The translations under genes were made by a program, and so were the position numbers. A DNA stretch of 64,000 nt from Eledone cirrhosa (taxonomy: Eukaryota): NCBI GenBank assembly GCA_964016885.1, contig OZ024740.1, positions 71,238,001 through 71,302,000 of the forward strand. Reading direction: 5' to 3'. Shown here in pieces: positions 13,404 to 27,357 of the stretch. Each line of letters starts with the position of its first letter. Within the stretch, counting starts at the first letter, position 1. The notes below the pieces were generated by a model. It did not search any database and had not been told where the DNA came from. It saw only the letters and a list, made by a program, of their open reading frames with translations.

Positions 13404-13486
13404 ATGTATGTGTAGGTTTATGTATGTATACGTTTATGTATGTGTATATATATATATATGTTTATGTATGTATATATGTATACGTT

Positions 13487-13523
<37 letters not shown>

Positions 13524-13650
13524 ATGTGTATATATATATGTTTATGTATGTATATATGTGTGTGTATATATATATGTGTGTATGTGTATATATATATGTT
13601 TATGTATGTATATATGTGTGTGTATATATATATGTATGTATATATATATT
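13350..13650. repeat. Compound (TA)/(TG) microsatellite
   Basis: Directly visible; similar tracts at 13012, 50160-50350, 53430-53487, 56105-56182, 56737-56817 and 61958-62034. Confidence 0.95.
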
Positions 13651-13789
13651 TACACTTACGGTAAACATGTTGACTAATCAGGGTTGCTTATGCAATGCAC
13701 CATTCAGTGAATAATGATGCAATTTGTTTTAAGCACTCAACATATATTTTCTTCCAGATATAATTTGTCAGTCGGTGACGGAGTATATG

Positions 13790-14075
13790 TAGAATAAGAA
13801 AAATGCGAAGTCCGGTATTGATGTTAAGAAATCCTTTATTAACAAAGCTGTGATACATATTTCTATGGCGATCATGGCTACCTGATTGTTCGATCATGTA
13901 ACTAGTCACGCAATATCATCAGACAGCATTTTATGTAATAAGATTACATTGTGTGACTAGTTATTATATGATTGAACAATCGTGTAGCCATGATCGACAT
14001 TGAAACATCTATCACAGCTTTGTTAATAAAGGACTTTTTAACATCTACACCGAACTTCGCAGTTTCCTTATTCTA
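13790..14075. mobile_element. Foldback MITE, about 285 bp, nearly all inverted repeat
   Basis: Arms of about 125 bp (GAATAAG...TTTATTAACAAAGCTGTGATA...TAACTAGTCAC and its reverse complement) in TA-rich flanks. Confidence 0.8.
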
Positions 14076-14105
14076 TATATATATATGTATAAGTATTGGT
14101 ATATA

Positions 14106-14839
14106 CAGTGTGGTGCAGGTAAATCTGGAGAAAGTGAATGGATAATAAAAACAGTATTTTTTTATATAACAAATTAATATATATCAATATCCATGTTGGC
14201 CATGGTGTTCCTGATGGCTATCTGCAGAGCTTCCTTGTTGTAGGGCCTACTGTTCAAGACAGCCCACAAGACACCCCACACAAAATAGTCGAGAATATTA
14301 TAGTCTGGTGATGAGGGAGGCCATAAGTCGGGCAACCCGTGGTATAGCACGTTGGCAAAGAGCCAGGCCTGGGTGGTCCTGGCCTTTTGTGGCAGGGGTA
14401 GAGTCATGTTGAAAGACATAGGGCCTCCCATTAGCCACCCTGTACATCCAGTGCTCGTCCAGGAGCCTCGCGTAGGTGAAGGTGAAGACAGGCTCCATGA
14501 CGTCCCCTTCACTGCAAACAATGCCAAGCGCCATGACGGAGGCTGGATACTTTGAGTGCATGACGTCTAAGGCTCCATATGACATGGTAGACCATGGTTT
14601 TAGAGTATTTAAACCATTCAATGATTTATTTGACTTTGTGGCCAGTGTGAAGGCTCTCCACAACAGCAGCACGACGATCGTATTCTGAAGATATGTTGAT
14701 TACTAAACACCTCGTTCATCAATGGCCAGACAGCTACTGAGGTGTAGTACTTTTTAATGGCTCACTTGAAACCTCGTTACACTGTGATGTCACAGTGCTG
14801 TTGCCACATAAAAATTCTGGATTTATCTGCGCCAGACTG
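14106..14839 (-). mobile_element. Internally deleted Tc1/mariner element (maT/DD37D-like)
   Basis: Imperfect 24-bp TIRs CAGTGTGGTGCAGGTAAATCTGGA / CAGTCTGGCGCAGATAAATCCAGA, TA at left; remnants KYPASVMALGIVCSEG, YVFQHDSTP, LWPPSSPDYNILDYFVWG. Confidence 0.85.
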
Positions 14840-17654
14840 TGTATATGTGTGTATATATATATGTATGTGTGTGTGCATATGTGTATATAAACCATTTGTT
14901 GTAAAATAAAGAAAGCTTCATTATGTTGCTACAGTTGCTTGTCCAGCAAATATATGTAAATATGTATACACATACAATTAGTGTCAAATTTTTATATTTT
15001 CTAGTGCATTTATCTCTCTATTATGTAAGCATGTGTGTGTGTGTGTATATATATATATGCACCATACTCACAAACATATGAAATATATATATATGATAAA
15101 AAAAAGTATTTAAAGTTTAATCAAATTTATAATTTACTAAATATTTTGCATCTTATGGAAAGAATGGACAAAAAAGGAGGAAGTTGCTAGTGAATAAGTG
15201 AGCAGGCTAATCAGTAAAGAAGAAGGCATTTTAGTTTGGCAAATTTAGCTACATGAAATTTGAGTATAATTGAAATATTTTGGCAAGTATATCTAAGCAT
15301 TGATTTTATTTAAATATATCAAAGCTTTTTTATTGCAGATACTTTAGAAATGTTTTTTGTGAAATAAGTGTTTATAATTATGGCAGAATTAGTAACTCTT
15401 GAGGGCTAATGCTTTGCACTATTTACTTATGACCTTTATGTTTTGAGTTCAAATCCAGCCGAAGGCACTTTATACCTGTTCTTGTTTCGGGATCAATGAA
15501 ATAAAGTACCAGTCAACTATTGGGGTCGATTTATAAGGTATATATTCTTCCTCAAAGATTTGCAGCTTTGTGTCTATGTTACAAATGATCATTATTATCA
15601 TCGTTATTGGATCACTGGCAGAATCATTAGTGCTGAACAAAATGTCTTTCTGAGTCCAAATCCCACCAAGGTCAACTTTGCCTTTCATCTTTCTGATGTC
15701 AATAAAAAAAGTACTGGTCAAGTAATGGGGTTGATGTAATCAACCTTCTCCTTTCTGCAAATTATTAAACCTTTATTATTATTATTATTATTATTATTCC
15801 ACTCATCCATTGCCCTTGTGGCTGGTGTAATTAGTTAAGTGCTAGCCTGCTGCGTGCTAGTTAGTTATCTCCCTTTACATTATGAAATGAAAGGTTGATT
15901 TTTGCCATTATGGTGGGATTGAGGTTAATCAATAATTTAAGACTACTGGTAAACCATTATCTGACTTGTGTTTCATTTAGACAATCAACAATAGCCCAAT
16001 GCAAAATTTTTGAAATTTCATGTCCAAAATAAAAATCATAATTATTTTATAATGATTATTATTATTCTGTAACTAAGCTTGACATATCATTTTGTTTGCT
16101 AAATACTTACACAGTGGCAGTCTTGGAATATATATATATAGAGAGGGACACATTTAAAATAATGGTATATACGTATGTACACACATAATCATCAACATTT
16201 TATGTTTGCTTTTTTTCTCCATGCTGGCAAACACACAGACACACACACCGCATCAGAATAGACATCCATCCATAGAAAAACCTGCCAAAGATCTTGCTTG
16301 CCCATGCAAATATGGAAAAACGATGATGATGATGATATTTATACATATACATATATATTACATATAAATATACATACACACACACGCACACAAATATATA
16401 CATATATTGAGGTGTGTGTGTATGTATAGAAACAATAAAAGTAATAGATTTGAGGATAAATAATGCTTTATTATTTGTTCTATAGAAAGTAAAACAACTG
16501 TGATAAATTTTTTATCTAAATCCTGTAACATTTTCATGGAATCGAAATTTTTTCTTTTTAATATATATTTGTACAGTGGAATTGATAGTCAGAATTGTCT
16601 TTATATACTACTCTTTTAATTTAAAAAGCTTTATCGTATATCTTTTTTTTCTTAATTCTGGTTTTTATACTAGTTATAGAATTTTGAAAAATTGTTTTCA
16701 ATAGCTATATTTCTTTACTATTTTAAATTCTATATTATTTTTTCGAAATACATTTGCATTTTCTTTTCTGCTATGTAATATATTGGAACATCAGATGAGA
16801 TTAGATTTCTGTAATTTATTAAATATTTATAATTTTTTTTTTCCTTAATTTAATATTTTCTTTTACTTTCAATAAAATCTAAGAGGTTATGTTTCCATAT
16901 TTTATAATGATGATGATGGTGATGTGTATGGTATTAATTATTTTATTTATGATGAAACAAATGTTTATATGGAGGAACTTTGTGAAATATGAACAGTATT
17001 ACCTGTTTAATTTTAATTATTTGATGCTAGAGTTTCAATTTAGATTATCATTTAATGAGCCAGATATAATTATAGAATGACTTTAAGGATCAACATAAAA
17101 TTGTATGCAACTGCTGCATACAACTGTATATTCTGTAATGAAACATTTGCTGGTTTTTTTGAGAATATACTGGAGTTGGTTTTCACTGTCTTATAATCTG
17201 ATTAAAAGGGTTAGTGTCAGGAAGGGGATCCAGCTGTAAAACATTACTTCAAAAGGTCCTGTTCAACCTTTATCAGCATGCAAAAGTTGATGATATATAT
17301 GGATGTGTTTTGTAAATAAATTTGCGTGCATATGTTTAATTAAGGTACATTTAGGCTAAATGTATGTTTAACATATGCAGGTCAATTTATTTGTAAACTT
17401 ATCTCTCTCTATATATATATATATATGTATGCTGTTTTACTATTTCATTTAATATGTATATACAGTGGCAGTTGCTTATTGTGATCACTTTGGGACAAAG
17501 TCTTTTTGATAACAATTGGTTGATAACATAAAACAAATAAAGAGCTTTTGATAATATTATCTGGGATCATAGAAAACAGCTTACACTATATATATATATA
17601 TTTAGTTATATATACATATATGTATAGCTATATATGTTTAGAAAATGGTGACTT

Positions 17655-17863
17655 TTGAAAATTGAATTTGAAGTTTTTGACTACAGAAAATAGTCTAATA
17701 ACAAGGCATATAAGCCCCCATAACAGAAATAGAAATGGGCATCAGCACAAGAGGGAAATGAATCCATACTTCTGCTGGTACCCATTTTTTTCTGTTATGG
17801 GGGCTTATATGTCCTGCTATTTTCTGTAGTCAAAATACGAAAAAGCCTCTTATTCAATTTTTA
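17655..17863. mobile_element. Palindromic MITE-like element
   Basis: TTTTGACTACAGAAAATAG...ATATAAGCCCCCATAACAGAAA mirrored by TTTCTGTTATGGGGGCTTATAT...CTATTTTCTGTAGTCAAAA. Confidence 0.65.
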
Positions 17864-20800
17864 AATATATGTATATCAGTTGTTTTTTTTTATTACAGTA
17901 ATTTTTAGGATATAAAAAAATGGGTTGAACTTTTCTGTTACATTTATTTTAGCTTTATTGAAAATAGTGGATTTTTTTTTGTGTAAATTATTTTTTTTAC
18001 ATAATCATATATGCATTGTAATACACCAGTTGGTTGAGACAGTTGTCACCTCTCACTTGCAATAGCTGCTACATATTCTGGTTAATAAATCTAATATGCT
18101 CTTTATGCACCACAAAGATTACCTACAGCTATAACAGGACCCAAGAGAAAAAGAAATATGTATTTGTTAAAAATCTAGCATAAGAAAATCTCCAAACCCA
18201 TTTTTCAGAGATGCTACAATACTAATGATGATAGTAATATTAATAATAATAATGTGTTCTTCTCCAGCTAACAGTAATTGCAAATGTCATGGGCCATCAT
18301 AGTAAAGTGGGTTGGATGTAAAATGATTAAATTATCCTTGAAAAATCTATTATTTCTTTCATTTTATTTGTTAATAAATAATCATATTTTCATGAAGAAG
18401 ACTTTGTTTTAAATTCTTTGAAATATTGAATATTTCCTAATTTGTTTCCTGTACTTATTTAACCCTGAGTTGGGTTGCTCTGACTGAACAAACCTATTGA
18501 TCAAAGACATTACAACTGTGACCATCTAATCTTTATGTATCTAGGCTTATCATTTTCTTTTTTTTAAGACAGTAAGGTGTTGTTTAAGAGAGATTTTGCT
18601 CCTATTTCTAAAAGATTGTGCTTCCTCATTGGTTTGCTATGTTCCTTGTTTTTAATGGTGGTCTCATCACAAACATAAAAAGATGTTGGTAGTCATGATT
18701 AAAACAGACCAAAATAAACATTTACAGATATTTAAATGAATCTTTAAAATATATAGAAATTATGGTGTACCAAGTTGGGTTGAGTTTTATTGTAGATGAG
18801 GTGGCTTACCTTTATTGAGAGCTGACTATCTAGTTATCCTAATGCCTGGGATCTTCAAAGATGTGGTTTTTATTTAAAAAATACAAAATGTGCAGCTTGT
18901 TCAGTGAATTTGACTGCTTATATTGAGCAGAGAAATGCAAAAATGATGTTTTCTTTTTTCTTTATCTTATGGTTTAGTCAGAGGAGAAGAGGCAGCACCT
19001 ATGACCTTTGCAGGATCTTTGGGAGTGGGGGTAGGGGTAAGAAAGGAACAACTTGTGAATCTTGTTTGAATTTATGAAATGAGGAATTATCTTTATTATA
19101 AACTGATTTATTCAGACGAGCCACTTCATTTTTTTGATGTTATAATTACAATGTGTTGGCTATTGTACCCACCAGTATTCAATATCTAGGCTAGTGTATC
19201 TCTATATATACTCTAGTTTAAGCAGAACAAGTAATCAACATCCTAATTGACCAAACATATCCTGAGCATAGACAATGGAAGGAGAACAATCTACCTTTAT
19301 AGTTTGAAATTCCCAAAATATTGAATACAAAGGCAACTGAAGGGCATACATCCTAAATGTTGTGACTATAAGTCAGATTAGATCAGTTTATAATAATGAC
19401 TCATGAATTGCTGCAACAAAAATCAGTAGATCAATATATCAAATTATTTTCAGACATCATGAAAGACATGGTTTGAAAACTTGCAATATGGTAAACTACA
19501 CTAAAGACACCCAAGAGACACGTGATTGTGGTGTTAAACCAGGTGATGTGTTAGGTCTTATTTGTATGTATGTAAGAGTGTATTAGTATTTTTGCTATTC
19601 AATAACTTTATAGATATGGTTGTGTCTGGCCAGATGGTTCTTAAAAAAATATATATATACATACATACACATATATATATATACATAAATACATATATCT
19701 TATATTCCTATATCTTTGAATTTGTATAAAATGTATTTCTAAATAAAACAAATTATTATATTGGAGATTATTTTTGTTCACTTCCTTTCTGGCCTGCTCT
19801 ATCACATTGGCCTATCAACACCTCACTCTACCTACATATTAGTTCTTGCCACTTCACCCTTGAGGCATATTATGTCAAGAGATATAAAATTAACCCTCAT
19901 CTTTTCCATAGCCATTATCTCTCACCTCATTTCAGTCTGTCTTACAGTTTTTCTATAACAATTGATGTATACAAACCCTGCCAGTCTATGACAATCGTTG
20001 TGCCAACAGCGACTTATGTTTAGAAGACATGAGAAAATTGCTACAGGATTTCTTGGCATGACAAGATATCATCATTGTACAACAGCAGTAGATGCTTGAC
20101 CATGTACTATGCATGTCCAAGAGAGCAGTGAGGGCCTCCCTCCAATAGAAGCCAAAAACAAGGCAGACCTGTGAAGACTTGGTTGAGGTCTGTAGGGGAA
20201 GACTTAGTGGGCATGGGGGCAGGCTCATAACAGGGCTTGCGACTATGCAGAATGGAGATTTCTTGTTGCCCAATGCTCCATAAGGAGTAAAAGAACTAAT
20301 GAAGAAGTTACTTAAATCTAAGATTGTATTTAACATATATCCCTCTTCTCACACCAAGGTTGTCAGCTATTTATTATAAGACATAGCTTTGTCATAATTT
20401 CTGAGGTAAGCAATTATTATTATCATAAAGCAATCATCTTGGTTGTTATAATCACAATTCTTTGGCTGTTGTACACCCAGCCTTCGTTAGACACTTGTAT
20501 TCTGCATGTTCTTTGAATTTGGAACCAAACCCTTTATTCAAACTATGAGAGTAGATTATTCCCATTACATAGTTCATGCCTAAGATATACTTGTATTAAT
20601 CAGTTACGTGTAGAGCTGTAGGTTGTCAGAATTGTTAGAGTGTCAGACAAATTGCTTAGCAGCATTTATTTCGGCTCTTTACAGTCAAGTACTGAAGTTG
20701 ATATAATTGACTTCTCTTCCTCCTCCAAATCGCTGCCTAAATTTCAAATCAAACTAGAATGTATATCAGGGTGCTTCATATCTATACAGAAAATTTTTTT

Positions 20801-20994
20801 TAGTTGAAATCATCTCATGTCGATTGCACTCTGGATCCATTTCACATAAAAGCTACACAGGCAAATATGAGGAGATATGGTTACACAGTTTTGTGCATTT
20901 TGAATGCTATGCCAAAAATATGAAAAAAATTTACTTCAATACTTGTTGACTGTAGTTGCATTTTTTGTTGACTGTAGCCAGGTTGCATTTTTTG

Positions 20995-21376
20995 CATGGC
21001 TTAGTGGTTAAAGCATTGGGCTTGCAATCGAAAGGTTGTAAGTTCAATTCTAATGTGTGACCGGGTGATGTGTTGTTTCCTTGAGCAAGACACTTTATTT
21101 CACATTGCTCCATTTTACTCAGCTGTAGAAACGAGGTGATAGGACTGGGGTCCCTATCATTCCACTGCATAGTGGTCGTGGAGGTGCCACGGCAAAAAAG
21201 CACCCAGCACTCACTGTAAATGAGGTTGGTGTTAGGAAGGACATCCAGCTGTAGAAATCAAGCCAGAATCAGTTCCCATATGAGCAAGACAAGGTCAGCC
21301 GACTGGACACTGTCCACAACAGGACAACCCGTCTAACCCATGCTAGCGTGGAAGAACGGACGTAAAACAGTGATGA
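20995..21376 (+). mobile_element. tRNA-derived SINE, family 1
   Basis: Same head and body as 257-598, with an RTE-like tail ending in (GAT)n. Confidence 0.85.
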
Positions 21377-22044
21377 TTTTGTCTGTGTACATGTAGGAAA
21401 TTTCTGCCATTTATAGGATCCTAATAAACTTAAACTAAGCATGTAGAAATAATTTTACATTGGTGATTTGATTTCATTGTTCATACAAAGAAGTATCTGA
21501 TAGCACATTGATGGGGTTAGCTTTCAATATGTCCCAAAAGTCATTGCAAATAAAGCCGACTCTTAACATCGATCATTGTCACATGGAAATGGGAGAAACA
21601 AGTAAGTACTTCTTGCATCAAAATTTCGGAGCACCTTAGTTATGATGTGTCTGAACTTTCGGTTTCTGCCTCAAATGTTTATTGAACAAGAACCAGTCAC
21701 TGAGATGATGGCTCAGGAAATCGAGTTATCTGCTTTCCTGCCTGAAACCAGATCCTGGCTAGTCCTCTACTAGGATGGAGAATCATTACTATCGGCTTCC
21801 CGATCTAGCACACTCAAAGATTAGATTGCAGTTTTAGATATAGGAAAAGGAAAGGAGCTCTTATGTATTCCTATTGTGAGAGATGGAACCAGTCAAATCA
21901 CTGAAGTTGTTTTGAAGGAAATTCAATAACTCAAAATTGAGGTTAGAATAATTAGTATGTCTGACAACACCACCCTCAGTAACACCAGCATGCACCAAGG
22001 AGCCAATATAAATATTGAAACAGCTCTGAAAAAATTCCTCTTAT

Positions 22045-22850
22045 GGCTGGCTGTGAACAAATGTACCACCATGCATTTTGGGAGGAATAACCCAGCTTTC
22101 ACATACTCACTCCACAACACCAATCTCAAGAAGTATGGCAGTGGGTACACCTTATAACTCAGCTCTTACCTTCAAAGATGGCACTGCTCTTTTGAAGGAG
22201 GTTGAGGAGACTAGAGATCTTGGTCAGCTGGTCGACTCATCCTTCAAACCATTAAAACATTGCATTCAAGCCGCAAACAAGGCAAGGAGCTCTCTTTTTC
22301 TTATTCGACGCTCCTTTGCCAAACTCACTCAAGAAATTTTCAGGCCTCTCTATGTCGCCCTCGTGAGACCGCACCTAGAATATGGCATCCAAGCATCAAA
22401 CCCATATCTCATCCAGGATATCCATCACTTGGAGAGAGTTCAATGACTAGCGACTCGAATGGTACATGGTCTTCATGAGCAGCCCTACGAAAGCCGGCTG
22501 CAGAAGCTGAACCTCTTCTCCTCGGAGCGTCGACGGCTAAGAGGCAATCTCATTTTGGCTTACAATCTCTTCAATGGCCATTACGATCTCCCTCAAGATC
22601 TTCTATTCACTCCGGCACTTGAAAGGGGTCTATGTGGACATGACAAAAAGCTGTTTCACCGCCGTTTTCGCCTAAATAGACGGAAAGCTGCTTTCTCAAT
22701 CCGTATCTCTGGACCCTGGAATCGGCTTCCAGAAGAAGTAGTCAACGTGTCAACCACGCAACAATTCAAGGTGAAATTAGATCGGTGTTGGACCACTGTG
22801 TAAATTTTGCCCCCCTGCCCTCCTTACATGGCATCTGAAGCTTCCGAAAG
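22045..22850 (+). mobile_element. CR1/L2-type LINE 3' fragment (chimeric: two related segments joined)
   Basis: KCTTMHFG; EETRDLG, LYVALVRPHLEY, LERVQ, RRRLRGNLI, FSIRISGPWNRLPEEVV. Confidence 0.85.
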
Positions 22851-23973
22851 TCATGGGAGACTCATCAGACTGGAGTTTATCCTGATTTCATGTGGTGTTA
22901 AACAACTGGACAGAACACCAATCTGATATGAAATTAACCCCCAGTTGCAGCTGAGGGAAGTGGAGCAACGTGAAATGAAATGCCTTGCTCAAAGACAGAA
23001 CACAATTCCTGGCCATGTGACCAAACCCATGACTTTACATTCATAAAATGAACACCCTAAACACTTTTTACAGTTGTAAAACCAGCACCATAAATACTAA
23101 GTCATGTGTTATCACACATATTGAGGCTTCTTATCTATGCTAAAAAATAATCTTCAACATCCATATCAAACCAAAGCCATCCACAAACACAAATGTAATC
23201 TAAATTCCACCTCGTTCATCAAACCCAAACCAACTCTCTCAGTAAAACAATCACTGGCCTGTACCAATTACTGGCATGGGGATGACACAAGTCATCATGC
23301 TTCAGCTGTCATATACATCTATATAATACTAATCTTCAGCGACTACAACGCCATTATAATAATAATGAAAATAATAATGAAAATATTGTGTAGTATTCAG
23401 GTGCACTACAACTCATCCGAAAGTGTATGTATAGTACATAGGGTAATGTACAAACGTCAGGAAAATGAACAGTGCATGAGTCATGTGTGTATGGAAGAGG
23501 GACATCAGGTGTAGTTTTGGCGATAGTTGATATCTCTACATCTCTATAAAATGTTCAGCTAACCCTTTTATTACCATACTAGCTGAGGTAATCGACTTTC
23601 CCCTGTTGGCCGTGTGCCTAAATCTAAACCCATTATTGTATTAGAATAGCAGAATCAGTAGAACGTCAGACATGCTTTCGGTATATAGTTACGTCCCTTT
23701 ACTTTCTGAGTTCAAATCCCGCCGAAGTTGGCTTTGTCTTTCATCCTTACGGGGTCGATAAAACAAAGTAACGAACTATGATCGATTTAATCGATTTTCA
23801 CTCTTCCCAATATTGTTGGCTTTGTGCCAGAAACCATAATTGTTTATTGAAGTTCACTAATGCTTTTATTACTGAATAATAAGCATAAATGTTTTCCAAT
23901 TTCATATTGATTATCAAAAATATTAATCAGAATTTTTTTTTTTTTTAAAAAGCAAGCCACAATAATTATTTAT

Positions 23974-24355
23974 TTACAATAGTTTATAACTTTGCCTATT
24001 AATCCGTATGGTGAGCAAATGGGGTCCCACGTGCTGGCCTCCCCCCACAGCCCCGGTGGACAGGATGGAGAAGGCGTTTCCCCGGAGGATGGTAAGGGAG
24101 ATGCGCTGGAAGAGGCATTCCAACTCGCGAGGCTCACACCTGCGGCTGGCTAGCTCAGCGCCTATGGAGGTTGCGACTGGAGAAAGTGTTGCTGCAAGTG
24201 GCATCCCAGACGAAGAGTTTGCCACTGCGGAACGGGAAGATGGTCAGACCGTCTGGCCTTTTGCCAGCCCCACCGGCTCGAGCTAGGAGGGGAAGCCTGC
24301 AGCGTCCAAGCCATGCTTAATGACCTCGCTGAGAGCAAGCAGCATGGCGTGGAAG
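23974..24355 (-). mobile_element. CRE-like non-LTR retrotransposon 3' fragment (RLE domain)
   Basis: GC-rich island encoding KRPDGLTIFPFRSGKLFVWDATCSNTF and LFQRISLTILRGNAFSIL, the PD-(D/E)xK-type C-terminus recalled for CRE-clade elements. Confidence 0.7.
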
Positions 24356-24626
24356 GCGGCCGGATAGATTTTCAACAGAAAAGTAATGTCATTTCTACCA
24401 AATTTGAATTGCAATAGAAAAGAAAAAGAAAGAATTTCGTTAATATAATTGTAATCTACACCCTCGAAAATATATCTTTAGAAAGTTTCATTAAAAAAAA
24501 ATTACGTTAAGAAACTTATGAGGAAATGGTCGAGTTAAAAAAATGGCAACTAAAAGAAATACTCGATTTAATTTTAAAATGTGACAGTGAAATGTTAAGT
24601 GAAAGATTGTCAATGTATATCGATAC

Positions 24627-24632
24627 AAAAAA
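24627..24632 (-). terminator. RNA polymerase III terminator (T6) of the tRNA-Arg gene
   Basis: TTTTTT on the - strand, 4 nt after the discriminator base. Confidence 0.75.
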
Positions 24633-24636
24633 TGTA

Positions 24637-24709
24637 TACCTCCGACGGGACTCGAACCCGCAATCCCCGGCTTAGGAGGCCGGTGCCTTATCCATTGGGC
24701 CACGGAGGC
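24637..24709 (-). tRNA. tRNA-Arg-CCT: tRNA-Arg (anticodon CCT), 73 nt, no intron
   Basis: GCCTCCG/CGGAGGT acceptor stem, CCGGC-CTCCTAA-GCCGG anticodon arm, GGTTCGAGTCC T arm. Confidence 0.95.
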
Positions 24710-26165
24710 TTCTCTTTCTCCGGTATACAAATTATTTATGTATACTTACTTTATTTCATAATGTCAATTTAAATTAATTGCAAAATATAAATTATTATTG
24801 TTATTTAATTCTTAATTCAATATTATATTCCCTTCTTTTCCGATGGCTTCCGCTTAAACAAATTTCAGCGACACACTTTTTTTTTTACTCTTGAATATTT
24901 CGCATACTTTTCGAATTCGTTTTCCATTATATGCTATTTTTCCCTTTCGACGTTTTTTATTTTTATTTTCAGCGCTCCCCTTAGATATTATGAAACAGAA
25001 GAATTAAAATGTATAGAAAAAATATCGCGGATTAAAAAGCTTCCAATGATAAAATTCGGAAATATTCGTAAATTTTCGTAAACATGTTTTCGCTCTAGAA
25101 TAGACCTGCCTTTCTTCAATATGGATAACTGAGTCGTTTATTATCTTTTTATTAATGTAACACATTGTTTTAGTTTCAATCTAATATAGTTATAAGTTAT
25201 TCAAAAATGATAGTGGATAAATTTATCTTAGGACTGAGCTTTAACCAGATGTCGGAGACTCGTATAAAAGATTTACTAAAAACATTTCTTCGATATTTCA
25301 TTTTTTTTTTTTCTAAATTATTTTCACTTTAAATTTCTGTGTATATAATATATTCATTCGGTGATACTCGAGAAAAACAGCATTTTCACTTTGATAAACT
25401 TAAGCTACCTGCTTACTTATCAGTTTTGTAAACAAATGACTACTAGGCGATAAATTTAGAAGTATCAAATGGATCCAAGTACTTGACTTTTACCGACCAC
25501 GGAAGGATGAAAAGTGAAGTTGAGCTCGACTTTGTATAAAAATATGTAAACTATAAAACTAATTTCAAGACGGGTGCTAAGGAATTCTTGGGTGAAGGGA
25601 CCACAGAAAACGAGCATTTGCGACGGCCATATTCGTTCAAAATATATTTTTTAAATCATAAGAAAAATATTTATTTTGGTTTATATTGGATGTGATAATA
25701 AAAATTTACATATACACAAGACCAGAAATTTGGTGGTAGAGAACAGTTGGTTTTATCGACTCCAGTATTTAATTGAGGTCGTTTACTATTTTACTGATAA
25801 ATCCAAATGAATCAGATTTAAAATATGAAGCCGAATCGAAGCATTTGTACAGATTTACGTCGTGTATAGCTGACAATAAAAGGAAACTGAGAGGTACCTG
25901 GTTGATAAATTTGTGAGCTTTTTCTTTACTCATTAGATTGTGTTTTCAACATTCTGTGTGTGTGTATTGGGTCGATGTATTCTTTAAAACTGAACATTGG
26001 TAATTTGAATGATCCGACTTCCTAGTATTAAATTTCAATTTATTGTTGATTTTCATTGGTGGTTTCTATTTCCTATCAATTACATTTTATTGCCTGTCGT
26101 ATAGGACTGTACTAATAGCTCAAAAGCGAAACAATGATATGTACTTCGTTTGTATTTATTTATAC

Positions 26166-26966
26166 GAATAGGCTACTTTACCGGTCCCGGTAAAATAGAC
26201 ATACATGTTTTTTAAGCTTATTTTACCGGTCCCCGGTAAATATAAATAGTGTTAGTGTTGGGTTAGGGTTAGGGTTTAAATTGTCTTAATAATTAGTGGT
26301 GAAAATAAATAAACTTCTGTGTTAAATCTCTGTATTGTTATTTTTAACATTACCTGCCTTCATAATAATTGTTTCTACTTTTGGCATAAAGCCAGCAATT
26401 ATTCCAGTGCATTACTGGTATTTTATCGACCCTGTAAGGATGAAAGGCAAAGTTAAACTCGGCAGGATTTGAACTCAGATCAGAAAGGGGCGTAACTCTA
26501 TGTTGCAAAGCCTGTTGTCCGACCCTCTACCGATACTGCCAAACCACCACCCTTCATAATAATTGTTTCTACTTTTGGCACAAGGCCAGCAATTATATAT
26601 TAAATTACTGGTACTTTATTTTATCGACCCCGTTAGGATGAAAGGCAAAGTTAACCTCGGCGGTTAATCGTTTCTGATTTAGGCACAAGGCCAACAATTT
26701 TGGAAAAAGGAAAAAGTCAATTAAATCGACTCCAGTGCATTATTGGTACTTTATTTTATCGAAGTTTATTTATTTTCACCACAAATTATTAAAACAATTT
26801 AGACCTTGTAAAGATGAAAGTCAAAGCTAACCTCGGCGGGATTTGAACTCAGACTGTAAAGGACAGCAACTCTATGCTGCAAAGGATGGTATCTGACACT
26901 CTTACCGGTAAAATAGCCTGGGGGTCAACTTTACCGGGATCGGCAAAAATCGCCTCTTCCCTATTC
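26166..26966. mobile_element. Unclassified non-autonomous DNA element with short TIR, containing a telomere-like tract and stacked SINEs
   Basis: GAATAGG...CCTATTC termini, ATAC 4-bp duplication on both sides, subterminal TTTACCGG/CCGGTAAA palindromes at both ends. Confidence 0.6.
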
Positions 26967-27357
26967 ATACGCTGCTATGCTAAGGGCGGTGAATTGGCCG
27001 ATTTGTCAGAGCGCCGAACAAAATGCTTGGTAGTATTTGATTATGGTTCTTTATGTTCAGAGTTTAAGTCACACCTTTCATCCCAGATAAAATAAAGTAC
27101 AGTGCATCTTCGCTTATCCGGATATCCCTTTTTTCGAAATTCGATTTACCGGACAGCTATTTCTATACTACAATGTGTATTTGAAGGTTTATGTTTATCT
27201 GAGGGTTTATGAAATTTATAGAAAACGCGCCTAGTGCCGGTTGGCTACTTGTGCCTAGCCGTCACAAGCAGCTAACACGTGGTGTGTATTGATTTCTTTT
27301 ATTTGATTGACTGTTTAAAGGCTAAGAAAACTAACTTGGCCTTCAGTTAAACATAAT

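Noticed and set aside
13319-13714. Tyr/Ile/Val/Cys-rich ORFs (also 50036-50529, 56054-56290, 56595-56973)
   Set aside because: They are translations of (TA)n/(TG)n microsatellites.
26257-26277. Interstitial telomere or chromosome-fusion scar
   Set aside because: Only about three units, embedded within a TSD-flanked element.
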